A stretch of DNA of 59,243 bases from positions 1 through 59,243 of the forward strand of contig JAJDDP010000112.1 in NCBI GenBank assembly GCA_029260235.1, read 5' to 3'. Both the position numbers and the translations under genes were made by a program. Below are positions 26,671 to 36,431 of the stretch, piece by piece (the stretch's first letter is position 1; each line of letters starts with the position of its first letter). The notes beneath the pieces were generated by a model that made no database searches, had not been told where the DNA came from, and worked only from the letters and a program-made list of their open reading frames with translations. The DNA is from Phycisphaerae bacterium. Its GTDB lineage: Bacteria; Planctomycetota; Phycisphaerae; UBA1845.

Positions 26671-29085
26671 ATGTCGCGTAGAAAAAAGCACGACAAACCA
26701 GCGGTCGAGGAGGCTCTTCCTCAGGGAATTGAAGCTCCATGGTGGCTGCCACTACTGATTGTGGCGGCTGGGCTGATTGCCTACGCCAACAGCTTCGCAG
26801 GCCAATTCATGCTGGACGACGTCAAGGAGATTTGGCTAAACACCAAGATCCAATCGCTGACGCCGATAACCGATCTGCTTTTCCACCAACGCAGACCAGT
26901 GGTCGCCCTGACGCTGGCATTGAACTATGCGGTCGGGGGCACGAAGGATCTTGAAGGCTATCACGTCGTCAACCTAGCCGTCCATCTGATGGCAGGCTTG
27001 GTGCTGTTCGGCTTGGTTCGTCGCACATTGTTGCTTGATCGATTCAAGAAGCTTGACCCCCGCTCCGCACCTTGGATCGCTGCAGCCGTCGCGGTCTCGT
27101 TCGTGGTACATCCGCTCCAAACGCAGTCGGTGACCTACTTGATCCAACGGGCAGAGTCGATCATGGCCCTGTTCTATCTGCTCACCATCTATTGCGTATT
27201 GCGAAGCCATGGATCCATGCGTTCCACAGCGTGGTACGCAGCCGCAGTGTTTTGTTGCGGGCTGGGGATGGCCAGCAAAGCCGTCATGGTGACTGCCCCG
27301 GTCATGGTGTTCCTGTTTGATGCAATCTTCCTATCCCGCTCTTGGCTTGAGCCGATTCGACGACGTTGGCCCTTGTATGCTGGCTTGGCCGCCACCTGGT
27401 TCGTGCTGGTTGGGACTGGGGTTGTGGGGGGCGTTCTTAGTCAAACGCCTTCCGCCACCAATACCGTTGGGTTCTCCTATACAGGGGCGACGCCGCTGGA
27501 ATACGCCCTGAGCCAACCTAAGGTCGTTCTCCGCTACCTATCGCTAAGTTTTTGGCCTGCAGGTCAGTGCTTGGACTACTCTTGGCCCGTCGCTTCTAGC
27601 CCGGCGGATTACGCCGTGCCGCTGCTTTTTCTAAGCCTGCTGCTTGGCGGAACACTTCTGGGCCTACTCAAACGATCCTGGGTGGGTTTTTGCGGGGCTT
27701 GGTTCTTCTTGATTCTCATGCCCACTTCGAGCTTCATTCCCATCAAGGATGTCATCTTCGAGCACCGTATGTACTTGCCTTTGGCTGCGGTCATCGTGTT
27801 GGTGGTTCTAGGTGCGCGGAAGATTCTGAGTTCAATGCTCGCCCCGATTGTGGTTGACGCGCAGTCGCGCCTCTACGTCTCCATTGGCATAACCCTGGTG
27901 GCCTCGGGTTCCTTGGCTGTCGTCAGTCTAGTCAGGAACAACCTCTACGCAGGGCGGGTGCAGATGTACAACGATGTCGTGCAAAAGTACCCACTCAACA
28001 TCAGGGCGTGGAATAACCTGGGGACGGCTTACCGCACCAAGAGTGCCAAAGATGAAGCCTTTGAAAAATACCGGCGGAAATTTCCGGGCAAAACGCAGGC
28101 GGAATTCAGGCAGATGCTGACCGACAAAGCCTTGTCCGCCTACAGCAAAGCGATCGAAATCGATCCCGAATTCGCGTCGGCATTGGCCAACATCGGATCC
28201 GTCCTCGAAGCCCGCCGACAGTTCCCAGAGGCTATGTTGTACTACCAGCGGGCCTTGAAAGCTGAACCGCGTGAGGGTGTTCGCCATGCCGCAGTCGGCA
28301 GGCTCGCCTCAAGACAGGGCCAAGGCGAACTCGCCCTTTCTGCACTCAAAAAAGCTATCGCGCTGAAACCCGATGCCTCAGAGTACCAAGTCGCCTTGGC
28401 CGAAGAGTTCGCAGCCCAGGGCAACTTCCAAGAATCAGCTCAGATCTACAAGCAGCTTCATACATCGCTGCCGGATAACAATCTGGTGCTTTACAAGTTA
28501 GGAATGGCCCTTCAGCAGGCGGGCCACTACCAGCAAGCGGTGGATGTGCTTACTGATTTGCTCGCCCGGGAACCAGATCACTTCGATGCCCGGGTCGATC
28601 TAGGCCTGACCATGATTCGGATGGGGAATCCACAGAAGGGCATTGAAACCTATCGGGAGGTGCTGCGGGCCAAACCCGATCATGCACCTGCTCACTACAA
28701 CCTCGGATTGATCCTCCAACGTTCTGGGGATTTGGTCGAAGCCGAACAGGAATACCGAGCCGCGATGGAGGCGGATCAAGACCACGTCGATGCGATTTGC
28801 AACCTCGGTGTTGTGCTCAAGGAGCAGGGACGGATTGAGGAGGCTGAGGCAAGCTACCGAAGCGTCTTGATGAGGGATGCCAGGCACGTTCTCGCCCATT
28901 ACAATCTGGGGATCCTCTTGCATGAACGCGGGGATCTGCTGGAAGCTGCTGAACACTACCAAGCGATCCTGGCCATTGATCCGGCCCATCAGCAAGCCCA
29001 GAACATGCTCGGCTTCCTCCGCAGGCGACAGCAGAGAGAGGCGCAGCCGGCGGCGAAATCGCCCGACAATTCTGCAGTGCGTTGA
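26671..29085 (+). CDS. TMTC/PMT-like GT-C membrane domain (DUF1736/PMT_2-type, about 11 TM) fused to a C-terminal TPR repeat domain. Putative protein O-glycosyl (mannosyl) transferase.
   Basis: Start at MSRRKKHDK (ATG 26671, AGGA RBS). First periplasmic loop YANSFAGQFMLDDVKEI carries the acidic DD motif of GT-C enzymes. There are several hydrophobic helices through about residue 430, then at least 9 TPR units (AWNNLGTAYRTK, ALANIGSVLEARRQFPEAMLYYQRAL, AHYNLGLILQRSGDLVEAEQEYRAA, ...). The architecture matches eukaryotic TMTC1-4. Confidence 0.75.
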   Translation: MSRRKKHDKPAVEEALPQGIEAPWWLPLLIVAAGLIAYANSFAGQFMLDDVKEIWLNTKIQSLTPITDLLFHQRRPVVALTLALNYAVGGTKDLEGYHVVNLAVHLMAGLVLFGLVRRTLLLDRFKKLDPRSAPWIAAAVAVSFVVHPLQTQSVTYLIQRAESIMALFYLLTIYCVLRSHGSMRSTAWYAAAVFCCGLGMASKAVMVTAPVMVFLFDAIFLSRSWLEPIRRRWPLYAGLAATWFVLVGTGVVGGVLSQTPSATNTVGFSYTGATPLEYALSQPKVVLRYLSLSFWPAGQCLDYSWPVASSPADYAVPLLFLSLLLGGTLLGLLKRSWVGFCGAWFFLILMPTSSFIPIKDVIFEHRMYLPLAAVIVLVVLGARKILSSMLAPIVVDAQSRLYVSIGITLVASGSLAVVSLVRNNLYAGRVQMYNDVVQKYPLNIRAWNNLGTAYRTKSAKDEAFEKYRRKFPGKTQAEFRQMLTDKALSAYSKAIEIDPEFASALANIGSVLEARRQFPEAMLYYQRALKAEPREGVRHAAVGRLASRQGQGELALSALKKAIALKPDASEYQVALAEEFAAQGNFQESAQIYKQLHTSLPDNNLVLYKLGMALQQAGHYQQAVDVLTDLLAREPDHFDARVDLGLTMIRMGNPQKGIETYREVLRAKPDHAPAHYNLGLILQRSGDLVEAEQEYRAAMEADQDHVDAICNLGVVLKEQGRIEEAEASYRSVLMRDARHVLAHYNLGILLHERGDLLEAAEHYQAILAIDPAHQQAQNMLGFLRRRQQREAQPAAKSPDNSAVR

Positions 29086-29153
29086 TCTCGGACATCGGTA
29101 AGCGAAGCCACAGGGGATAAGTCCTGTCGAATACTAGCCAACCACGGGTTAGT

Positions 29154-30161
29154 CTGGTCATACCAGGGCGGAATTGCGCATCCACGCTCCGGCAATGCCT
29201 GTCTGCCGTTGTACCCATTCTTGACCAGCCCGAGAGTTGTTTGGGCGAAATCATCTTTGTGGACGACGGTTCGGATGACCAAACGACCGACATCGTGGCG
29301 GAGTTTCCGGTTTCCTGCCTGCCAAGCAGTGATCGAGGCCCTGCCGCCGCCCGGAATACAGGCTGGCAAGCCGCTCGATTTGAACTGGTATGGTTTGTCG
29401 ATTCAGACTGTGTCGCCCATGCAGATGCACTGGCCCGATTGCTTCCCCACATGGATGATCCCAAGGCCGGCGGCGTGAGCGGTAGCTACGGCATCATGAA
29501 TCCAGATTCTCTGCTCGCCTGCCTGATCCACGAAGAAATCATCGAGCGCCACTTGCAGATGCCCTTGAAGGTAGATTTCTTGGCTACGTTCAATGTGCTC
29601 TATCGCCGCGACGTGCTGGAATTGGTGGGCGGGCTTGATGAGCGGTACCTCAAAGGACAAGATGCAGAGCTATCATTCCGGGTTACCGAGCAGGGCTACG
29701 ACCTTCGGTTTGAGATTCAATCCCTGGTCAAGCACTTTCATGCTACGCATTGGCTGCGCTACTTCCGCACGCAGCGGCACCAGGGTTATTGGCGTGTTTT
29801 CCTGCACATGAATCATCGAGGCCATTCCTCCGGGGATTCTTACAGCAGTTTGATCGACCACATTCAGCCGCCTTTGGCTATGCTTTCGTTGGGATCGTTG
29901 GCGTTACTGGCTTGGCCTAGTTGGCGCTGGACAGCTATGGTTCCGTTTGCGCTGTTGATGCTGGCGCAGCTTCCCATGACCGGGCGACTGCTCTCTCGCC
30001 TGCGGCAAAGCAAGTACGCGATGTTTGCTCCGATGAGCGTTCTTCGGTCATACTGGCGCGGCTTGGGGATGTCGCTTGGTGTACTCAAATACACGGCTGA
30101 GCGGTTGTCTGGAGCGGATGATCTGAACAAGGGCGGAGACCCCGCCGGCCAAGACCAATGA
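29154..30161 (+). CDS. GT2 family glycosyltransferase with C-terminal membrane anchor (GtrB/ArnC/DPMS-like polyprenyl-phosphate sugar transferase). The start codon is unresolved.
   Basis: Conserved N-terminus SLVIPGRNCASTLRQCLSAVVPILDQPESCLGEIIFVDDGSDDQT, then VWFVDSDC (DxD) and two C-terminal TM helices. The in-frame ORF opens at 29121 after a TAA. No ATG/GTG/TTG lies upstream of the TTG at 29241, which is downstream of the conserved VIP strand. 29154 is a CTG just before VIP. Confidence 0.65.
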   Translation: MVIPGRNCASTLRQCLSAVVPILDQPESCLGEIIFVDDGSDDQTTDIVAEFPVSCLPSSDRGPAAARNTGWQAARFELVWFVDSDCVAHADALARLLPHMDDPKAGGVSGSYGIMNPDSLLACLIHEEIIERHLQMPLKVDFLATFNVLYRRDVLELVGGLDERYLKGQDAELSFRVTEQGYDLRFEIQSLVKHFHATHWLRYFRTQRHQGYWRVFLHMNHRGHSSGDSYSSLIDHIQPPLAMLSLGSLALLAWPSWRWTAMVPFALLMLAQLPMTGRLLSRLRQSKYAMFAPMSVLRSYWRGLGMSLGVLKYTAERLSGADDLNKGGDPAGQDQ

Positions 30162-30192
30162 CCCGCACATTGATGCAATAGGAGTAGCCCGC

Positions 30193-32010
30193 GTGTATGC
30201 CTCGCTTCCTTTCTGGTTCGCCCTAGCCATCCCGGGTTACGTCATCATCCGGCTTTTCTGCAAGGATGAATTGGAATCAGGCCTGCTGGGCACATTCGGT
30301 CTTTCTTATGTGGCTGTCCTCGGTGTGTTGACGCCGGTATCGCTCGTCTGCTACTGGTTCGAGCTGCCCGTGGGCGTCTTCTCAGCCGCATGCGTACTCC
30401 TTGTTCTGGCGAGCCTCTTTGAAATCACTCGGCGCAAGTGGTGGTTTGACTTGGCTAAGCTGGGCGTGGCTGCGCTGTCGATCGAGCTGTTGATCATCCT
30501 TGTCGATGCGATCATGGGGGCACGTACGGGAGGATTCTTGGGCGGAGACAGCCGCGTCCATCTCGCCCGCGTTCGGTTCTTGCTGGATCATGGATTCTGC
30601 AATTACGATCCTTATGTGGGTGCTCCATCGTTCTTCCCCACGTATCACACCAACATTCTGCATGCCCTCTATGCAGCCTGCTCTCAGATCACCTCGGTCC
30701 ACTACATCGATGCATGGTATGCCAGCTTGGGCTGGGGAAAGGTGATGATCGCATCGGGAGCCTACTACATGGCTTGGTGCGTCTTTGGGAATCGCTGGGC
30801 TGCCTGGGCGGCGGCAGTGTGCGTGGTGGCGACGTACGCTCCCATTCCCTTTGTCATCTACCCCAACAAACTGGCTCCGCTCTGGCTGGTTCCATGCATG
30901 ATCGGCGTGGCCGTTCGATTGTTGGACCGCCATCTTGGTTGGCAAGGTGTAGCCCTGCTTGGGATCGGCTCTTTGCTATTGGGCCAGGCACATGGCTTGT
31001 ACGCTGGTTTTGCGGCTGTCTTGTTCCTGCCTCTCCTGGCAGGCGCCGCCTTGTGGCACCTGCTGAGAGATCGACGCCACTGGATTAAGCCCAGCGTAGC
31101 TGCCTTGGCGGTTACGATTGGCGTGGCCTTCCCCATGACCTCGCGGGCACACTCTAGGCCCAAGGAGCCCAGAGCCTCAACTCAGCAAGTCACCGTCGAG
31201 AGTCAATCGAGCGATTTCATCCGGTTTGAAAACGGCTGGAAAATGGTCAACCTCAATCCCCAAGGCCAATGGTGGCGCAAGATTATCCAGTTGGGTGCGA
31301 TTGGCATTGCCCTGCTCACCTGCCGCAGGAAGCAAGTGGCCTTCGTTGTCGCCATCGAAGTCGTCGCCATTGCCATTCTCTATGCCCCGCCTTTATGTAC
31401 GATGGCCATTCACTATTTGGGCGCCGAGTGGGTTGTGTCCAGACTTGGATTCGCCATCAGCGTGAGCACCCTGATCCTCTTGCCGGGGGCGGTCACATTA
31501 CTGTTGGCCAACCGCTTCAAGAATAGATGGGCACAAAGCCTGATCAGTGTCGTGCTCTTTGTAGCTGCCGCATTTCATGGGGCTACTTCCGATTACTATT
31601 CTTGGAAGAATTACGGGATAGCCATCAAAGCCAAGGTGAACAAGCAGAAACAATCACTCAACTACTTCCACCAGATCCAACCGTTCCTGACCAAACATAT
31701 CCCCGAGGGCAGCGCAGTCTTGGCTGAGGCGGATTACGGGATGTGGCTGGTCTTGCTTCATGACTGCTACATTGTGGCAGCCAAGAGCAGCCAAAACGGC
31801 GTGAATGACCTGACTGAACGTCGGGCAGACCTAGCAGTGCTACTAGCCCCTGGCACTCCATGGATTGATCGGCTCAATCTGCTGAACAAATACGGAGTTT
31901 CCTACCAGGCAAGCTCAGCCACTTCGCGTCCCCAGCCATGGGTCGAGGATCACCGACTGGATTCATGGCAGACAACGGGGTTGACCATAAGCCGCCTCAA
32001 GCTGGATTGA
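30193..32010 (+). CDS. Large polytopic membrane protein (about 12+ TM) with a C-terminal soluble domain. Hypothetical, possibly a GT-C-fold glycosyltransferase or glycan polymerase.
   Basis: Strongly hydrophobic segments through about residue 470. Acidic loop CKDELESG near the N-terminus. Co-oriented and tightly spaced with the two preceding glycosylation genes. Confidence 0.55.
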   Translation: MYASLPFWFALAIPGYVIIRLFCKDELESGLLGTFGLSYVAVLGVLTPVSLVCYWFELPVGVFSAACVLLVLASLFEITRRKWWFDLAKLGVAALSIELLIILVDAIMGARTGGFLGGDSRVHLARVRFLLDHGFCNYDPYVGAPSFFPTYHTNILHALYAACSQITSVHYIDAWYASLGWGKVMIASGAYYMAWCVFGNRWAAWAAAVCVVATYAPIPFVIYPNKLAPLWLVPCMIGVAVRLLDRHLGWQGVALLGIGSLLLGQAHGLYAGFAAVLFLPLLAGAALWHLLRDRRHWIKPSVAALAVTIGVAFPMTSRAHSRPKEPRASTQQVTVESQSSDFIRFENGWKMVNLNPQGQWWRKIIQLGAIGIALLTCRRKQVAFVVAIEVVAIAILYAPPLCTMAIHYLGAEWVVSRLGFAISVSTLILLPGAVTLLLANRFKNRWAQSLISVVLFVAAAFHGATSDYYSWKNYGIAIKAKVNKQKQSLNYFHQIQPFLTKHIPEGSAVLAEADYGMWLVLLHDCYIVAAKSSQNGVNDLTERRADLAVLLAPGTPWIDRLNLLNKYGVSYQASSATSRPQPWVEDHRLDSWQTTGLTISRLKLD

Positions 32011-32171
32011 GGCAGGGCTATTGGGTCTTCTGGCTTGCGCTGCTGCGCCATGCCCCAGCTGCGTTCCACCGAAGAGGTGACGCATGCTTGCCGGCGATCA
32101 CTGGTCTTAACCTCGTCACCCGCAGTGCAGCAATGGCAGGCTAGGTTCCCGCCAAGCTGCTGGGCCAATGG

Positions 32172-35100
32172 CTAACGATTGCTCCCGAAGTTGTTTCCAT
32201 AAATGATGTAGACATCGCCAGTATTGGGCCGCCGGCCTGTCGAGGGATCGGTACCCGGGGTGCCAGGACCTTGCGGCAGGTTCTCGTCGGTGAAATCTGC
32301 CTTGGTATTGCCGATGGCGATATCATCGAAGCCGTCGTTATTGACGTCGCCCAGAAAACCAACGTGGTCTGGCGGCGCCTCTTCGGGCCTGCCTATGACA
32401 TACGGGCTTTGGAAGACGATGCCCGGCAACTCATCAGTGCCGACCAGCGATAGATTGAACGACTGGTTGGTCAGATGTGGTCCGCCGAAGATCAGGTAGA
32501 CCATGCCCATGCGATCCTGGCCACTTGCATCGGTCCGCACCTCGCCCGAGGCTGCGATGAGCAAGTCACCGAACCCATCCTGATTGAAATCGCCCGCACT
32601 GCTGACCGAAGCGCCGGCCCGGTCGCCGATGTTAGAGCCGAAGAAGGCTACGCCTGGTAAGTCGGAAGTGCCGATCTGCGAAATAGTCCGGTCGCCATCA
32701 ATGGTTTGGCCTCCAAACACGACGCCCACAAAACCGTTGTCTACCGGGCAACAGTCGGAGGCTCCGGTCTGCAAGCAATCCAACACTTCCATGTCAAATT
32801 CATCGATTATTCGGTCGTTGTTGTAGTCGAACGCCTTGCACCGATCATCCATGAACACTTCCAAGCCATCGCAAGCCGCGAAGCTGCTGTCGCTCAAGTC
32901 AACAGAATCCACGTCACCGTCGCCGTCGAAGTCAGCCGCACACTGGGTGCGGACCAAACCGCCTGCATCGGCAAACGGCGAGGCGATGGCCAAGTCGCTG
33001 ATCCGATCGCCGTTGACATCGTTGAGCCGTTCTTGCAAATGTCCCAATCGATCATTGGGAGATTCACCTCGGACCCGCAGCATGGGCGGACGCTGGAATG
33101 GATCGTCGGCTAAACCTAGCTGGAAATCTCCGACCGGCACGCGTCCGTAGACCACATAGGATGCGCCGGCATTCTCAGCGGCGCGGTCGTTGAGCGGCGC
33201 ACCACAGGCGATATCCGAGACGCCGTCCAAGTTAAAATCGCCGGCATAGCGGGCTTGGCCCAGGAAGTCGTCCACATCCTCGGCAAAAATCTCGAAGCTG
33301 CCAAATGGGATGATTGTCCCGGGGCGTGATTCAGGGTCCGTCTGATCACAACTCCCGCCAACTGAGTTGTCCATGAGCGGAATTATCGCATTGCCGTCAA
33401 GCGTCTCAGCCTTGTCACGCCATACCCCATTTCCACCGCGTACGACGTCAAGCGAGTCATAGTTAGTGCCCGGGAGCACGATGATGCTGCCCCTGTAGGC
33501 GCGGCTGGCTAGGTGGGTGGAGAAGGGGAAGAAGCCGCCCAGCTCCAGATCCAGGACGTCGCGCTCATTCATCGGTGCCGAGATGATGATCTCGTCGAGC
33601 TGATCGTTATTGATGTCGGGCATGGAATCGACATGCTGGCCGAACATCCCTCTGAGCGGAGGCTGATTCAAGAAAAGGTGATCTACCGCGTCGTACCATC
33701 CTGCCTGGAACCGGCAGCCGCCAATTCGACCAGCCTCATCTGGAGAGCTGGCGAGCTGGGTATTGTCCCCGGTCTCGCTCTCAGCACTTCCGCCGATCAC
33801 TATGGGGCCTTCCTGGCCGACCAGCTCCAGGGAAACGGAAGTGGCTTCGAGGCGATCCGGATTGACAATCCCGTCGTTGTCGCGGTTGTCGCTGTCGATC
33901 AGAGTCACGAAGCCGAGTGCTTCGATGGTGGAATCTGGGTTTCCAACCCCGTCCTCGTCGTCATCAGAGAAGTTGTTCCCAAATGAATCGGGATAGCAGC
34001 CCACCGAATTACCACTCAATCGCCTCGAATAGTCGATTGTCAACGTTGGTCGGTCATCCAAGACGCCGTTAAATTCGCTGGAGCGGGCTTCGCTGTTGTC
34101 GTTGGCGTCGTCATCTGGGACCAAGATCAGCAGGATTTCGTTATTTACGCCGGCGAGTTGACCGTCAATGAGTTTCTGAACCAGCGTCGAGATGTCAACC
34201 GAGGTGGTATCGGCCGTGTCCCCGCTGTAATTGCCCAGATCTTCATCGTCGTAGTCAATGTCGTCATCGATGGCGGGGTTTCCGCCATTCGGTGCGCCGC
34301 CAGTCATCGAGAAGCTGTTGAAGGTGACATTCGATTCGTTGAATGGCGTGAAGCACTCGTGGACGGTCGCGTCGCCGCCGGTGTTTGAGATTCGTACCTC
34401 AAGGTTGGCGCCCAGGTCGGTGACATCCGTGGCATTGTCTGGGATGGTCGCCAGAAGATTGCGAATTCGGATAAGCCCCCACTTGCTACGATTCGGGCCG
34501 TCATTGAGCCAAATGATCCGTTGCTCGGCCCCGAAATTGGTATTGGGCTCTTCGCTGTCGATGTATGTGTCTTCAAACCCCGAGAATCCACTCCCGACGG
34601 CGTCTTCGTCGCCAATAGTGGTCTCCAAACTACCTGCCCGGATTTCGAGAGTGACATCTATCGTGTCCTCGCCAGTGGGGTCCGGCGGATCGTCGCCGGG
34701 GTCATCATCGCGTCCTTGAAAAACGCCGTCCACGTGGGCCAACCCGAACAGGAGATCGGCACGACCGTCGCCATTGAGGTCGGTGACCGTAGCCACATCG
34801 GTAATACCCTGAGTCTGGGGGTTGGAGATGAGGATTGCACTGCCTCGCGGTGGCACTCCTTCAAAGATTACGCCGGGAATGTCCGTGCTGGTACTATTGA
34901 CGCTAATTTGGCCGCCGAATCGACCCTGGTGTCCGTAGATCAGGTACGCTTCGCCGATGTTCCCCTGGTTCCGCGGATTGCCGAACTGGGCTACGAGCAG
35001 CAGGTCGTCGATACCATCGGCATCGAAATCTCGGGCGCTAATCATACGGGAACCCAAATTGGACCCCGGATTGAAACCCTTGAACACCGCACCAAGAAGC

Positions 35101-36062
35101 ACTTGGCCAATCTGGCCCAGATCCACCGTGCCGCTTACCGCCTGACCGACACTAATGGTACCGTTGGCATAGGAATGGAAAGGCTGGTTGCCGCCATCGT
35201 CGATAGTTGCCCGAACAAAGTAGGGCCTGCCGTCAGGCCTGACTTGGATCACCGATAGGTCCACGTCCTCGGTTACCGTGATCGTGTCAAAATCGCCGTC
35301 GTTAATGGTCTGCTGTGACAGGACGATGATTTCGCCGGGCTGAGGGTTCGTGGGATCGTCGTTGGTTGGATCATCGTCGAAATCCAGCAGCACATAGAGC
35401 GTTGCATCGCTATCGGCATCATAGGGGAACAGCGGATCGGGGATGTTCGCTGAAGGCTGAACAGTCACGCTCAGCTCATCTTCTTGGGTGATGCTGAGGT
35501 TGAAGGACGGCGTCAAGACGACGACGGTTGGAGGTTGTGTGGCCGGCTGGAACCCTTCCTCGGTGATGGTGATGACCACGCGGGCAGACTCCGACTCGCG
35601 GACCGTGGCAAAAGCTTGGACTGGGGCGTTGATGCCATCCCTAATCGTGCCGCGCAGGTAATAGCGGCCCGAAGGAATCGCGGACGTCGAGACCTCGAAG
35701 GATTCGGGGTTGGGCTGCAAGCTCGAATCGAGGTCGTCCTCAGGGAGGCCATCCACCAGCGGAATCGCTTGGGCTAGCTCCAGAATATCGACCAACTCGA
35801 AACCGATCAGACCAGATGAGTCCGGGTCGAAATCTGTCCATAAGATGGTAAACTGCCCGCCTTGTTCGACGGCCACGTCCTCGACGGGTGTGGTAATCTC
35901 CAAGAGCGGCGATGTGTTACCTGTGACCCCAGGGCCGGAAATCGGAATGGCTGACTCATTGCCACCGGTGCAGGATATCCCGGCGCCGGCAATCAAGGCA
36001 ACAGCCATCCCAGCGTAGGCTGCGAATATTCGAGTCTTGGGGGTGAAGGTCCGGTCTGCCAT
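32172..36062 (-). CDS. Giant secreted FG-GAP/integrin-alpha-like repeat protein (1296 aa from the chosen start) with many Ca-binding DxDxDG loops.
   Basis: Start at MADRTF (ATG 36062, GGAG 8 nt upstream) with signal peptide AAYAGMAVALIAGAGISC. Many FG-GAP-like units (DFDADGIDDLLLVAQFG, DLNGDGRADLLFG, DFNLDGVSDIACGAP, DVNGDRISDLAIASP, DFNQDGFGDLLIAAS, DVNNDGFDDIAIGN) and a dockerin/EF-hand-like DFDGDGDVDSVDL. Confidence 0.8.
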   Translation of the reverse strand: MADRTFTPKTRIFAAYAGMAVALIAGAGISCTGGNESAIPISGPGVTGNTSPLLEITTPVEDVAVEQGGQFTILWTDFDPDSSGLIGFELVDILELAQAIPLVDGLPEDDLDSSLQPNPESFEVSTSAIPSGRYYLRGTIRDGINAPVQAFATVRESESARVVITITEEGFQPATQPPTVVVLTPSFNLSITQEDELSVTVQPSANIPDPLFPYDADSDATLYVLLDFDDDPTNDDPTNPQPGEIIVLSQQTINDGDFDTITVTEDVDLSVIQVRPDGRPYFVRATIDDGGNQPFHSYANGTISVGQAVSGTVDLGQIGQVLLGAVFKGFNPGSNLGSRMISARDFDADGIDDLLLVAQFGNPRNQGNIGEAYLIYGHQGRFGGQISVNSTSTDIPGVIFEGVPPRGSAILISNPQTQGITDVATVTDLNGDGRADLLFGLAHVDGVFQGRDDDPGDDPPDPTGEDTIDVTLEIRAGSLETTIGDEDAVGSGFSGFEDTYIDSEEPNTNFGAEQRIIWLNDGPNRSKWGLIRIRNLLATIPDNATDVTDLGANLEVRISNTGGDATVHECFTPFNESNVTFNSFSMTGGAPNGGNPAIDDDIDYDDEDLGNYSGDTADTTSVDISTLVQKLIDGQLAGVNNEILLILVPDDDANDNSEARSSEFNGVLDDRPTLTIDYSRRLSGNSVGCYPDSFGNNFSDDDEDGVGNPDSTIEALGFVTLIDSDNRDNDGIVNPDRLEATSVSLELVGQEGPIVIGGSAESETGDNTQLASSPDEAGRIGGCRFQAGWYDAVDHLFLNQPPLRGMFGQHVDSMPDINNDQLDEIIISAPMNERDVLDLELGGFFPFSTHLASRAYRGSIIVLPGTNYDSLDVVRGGNGVWRDKAETLDGNAIIPLMDNSVGGSCDQTDPESRPGTIIPFGSFEIFAEDVDDFLGQARYAGDFNLDGVSDIACGAPLNDRAAENAGASYVVYGRVPVGDFQLGLADDPFQRPPMLRVRGESPNDRLGHLQERLNDVNGDRISDLAIASPFADAGGLVRTQCAADFDGDGDVDSVDLSDSSFAACDGLEVFMDDRCKAFDYNNDRIIDEFDMEVLDCLQTGASDCCPVDNGFVGVVFGGQTIDGDRTISQIGTSDLPGVAFFGSNIGDRAGASVSSAGDFNQDGFGDLLIAASGEVRTDASGQDRMGMVYLIFGGPHLTNQSFNLSLVGTDELPGIVFQSPYVIGRPEEAPPDHVGFLGDVNNDGFDDIAIGNTKADFTDENLPQGPGTPGTDPSTGRRPNTGDVYIIYGNNFGSNR

Positions 36063-36431
36063 CAGAGTTACTCCTAAACGACCAGCCATCCCAACGATCA
36101 TCATCTCAGCCGTGCCATTGCACATTTTTGAGACTAGATCCGTCGCATAAACGGGTGATCCAACCTACTACATAGCTTACCCAGGCCACATCGGCTCAGC
36201 TAAGGACGATGCGGCGAGTCATGCAGAACCAAGCGAGGAAGCAGCGCACGCGCAACAGCTGAAGAAGCCGCCAAATCGCAGGCTCATGCAGCCGAATCAT
36301 AGAAGCGCCTCAGATGTCCCGTCAAGCATCCACTATTTCCCCGACTCTTGCCCAGGAGGCCGAGGCCCAGTCGGCGGGGTCGAACATTCGCCACCAGGGA
36401 CAAATGCTGACAAAACTGGGGAAGAAATGCC

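Noticed and set aside
28817-29464. 215-aa minus-strand ORF spanning the GT2 start region
   Set aside because: Ser/Arg/Pro-rich low complexity, with no start context. The plus-strand frames on both sides (TPR tail, GT2 N-terminus) are clearly coding. Its presence does not explain the missing GT2 start codon.
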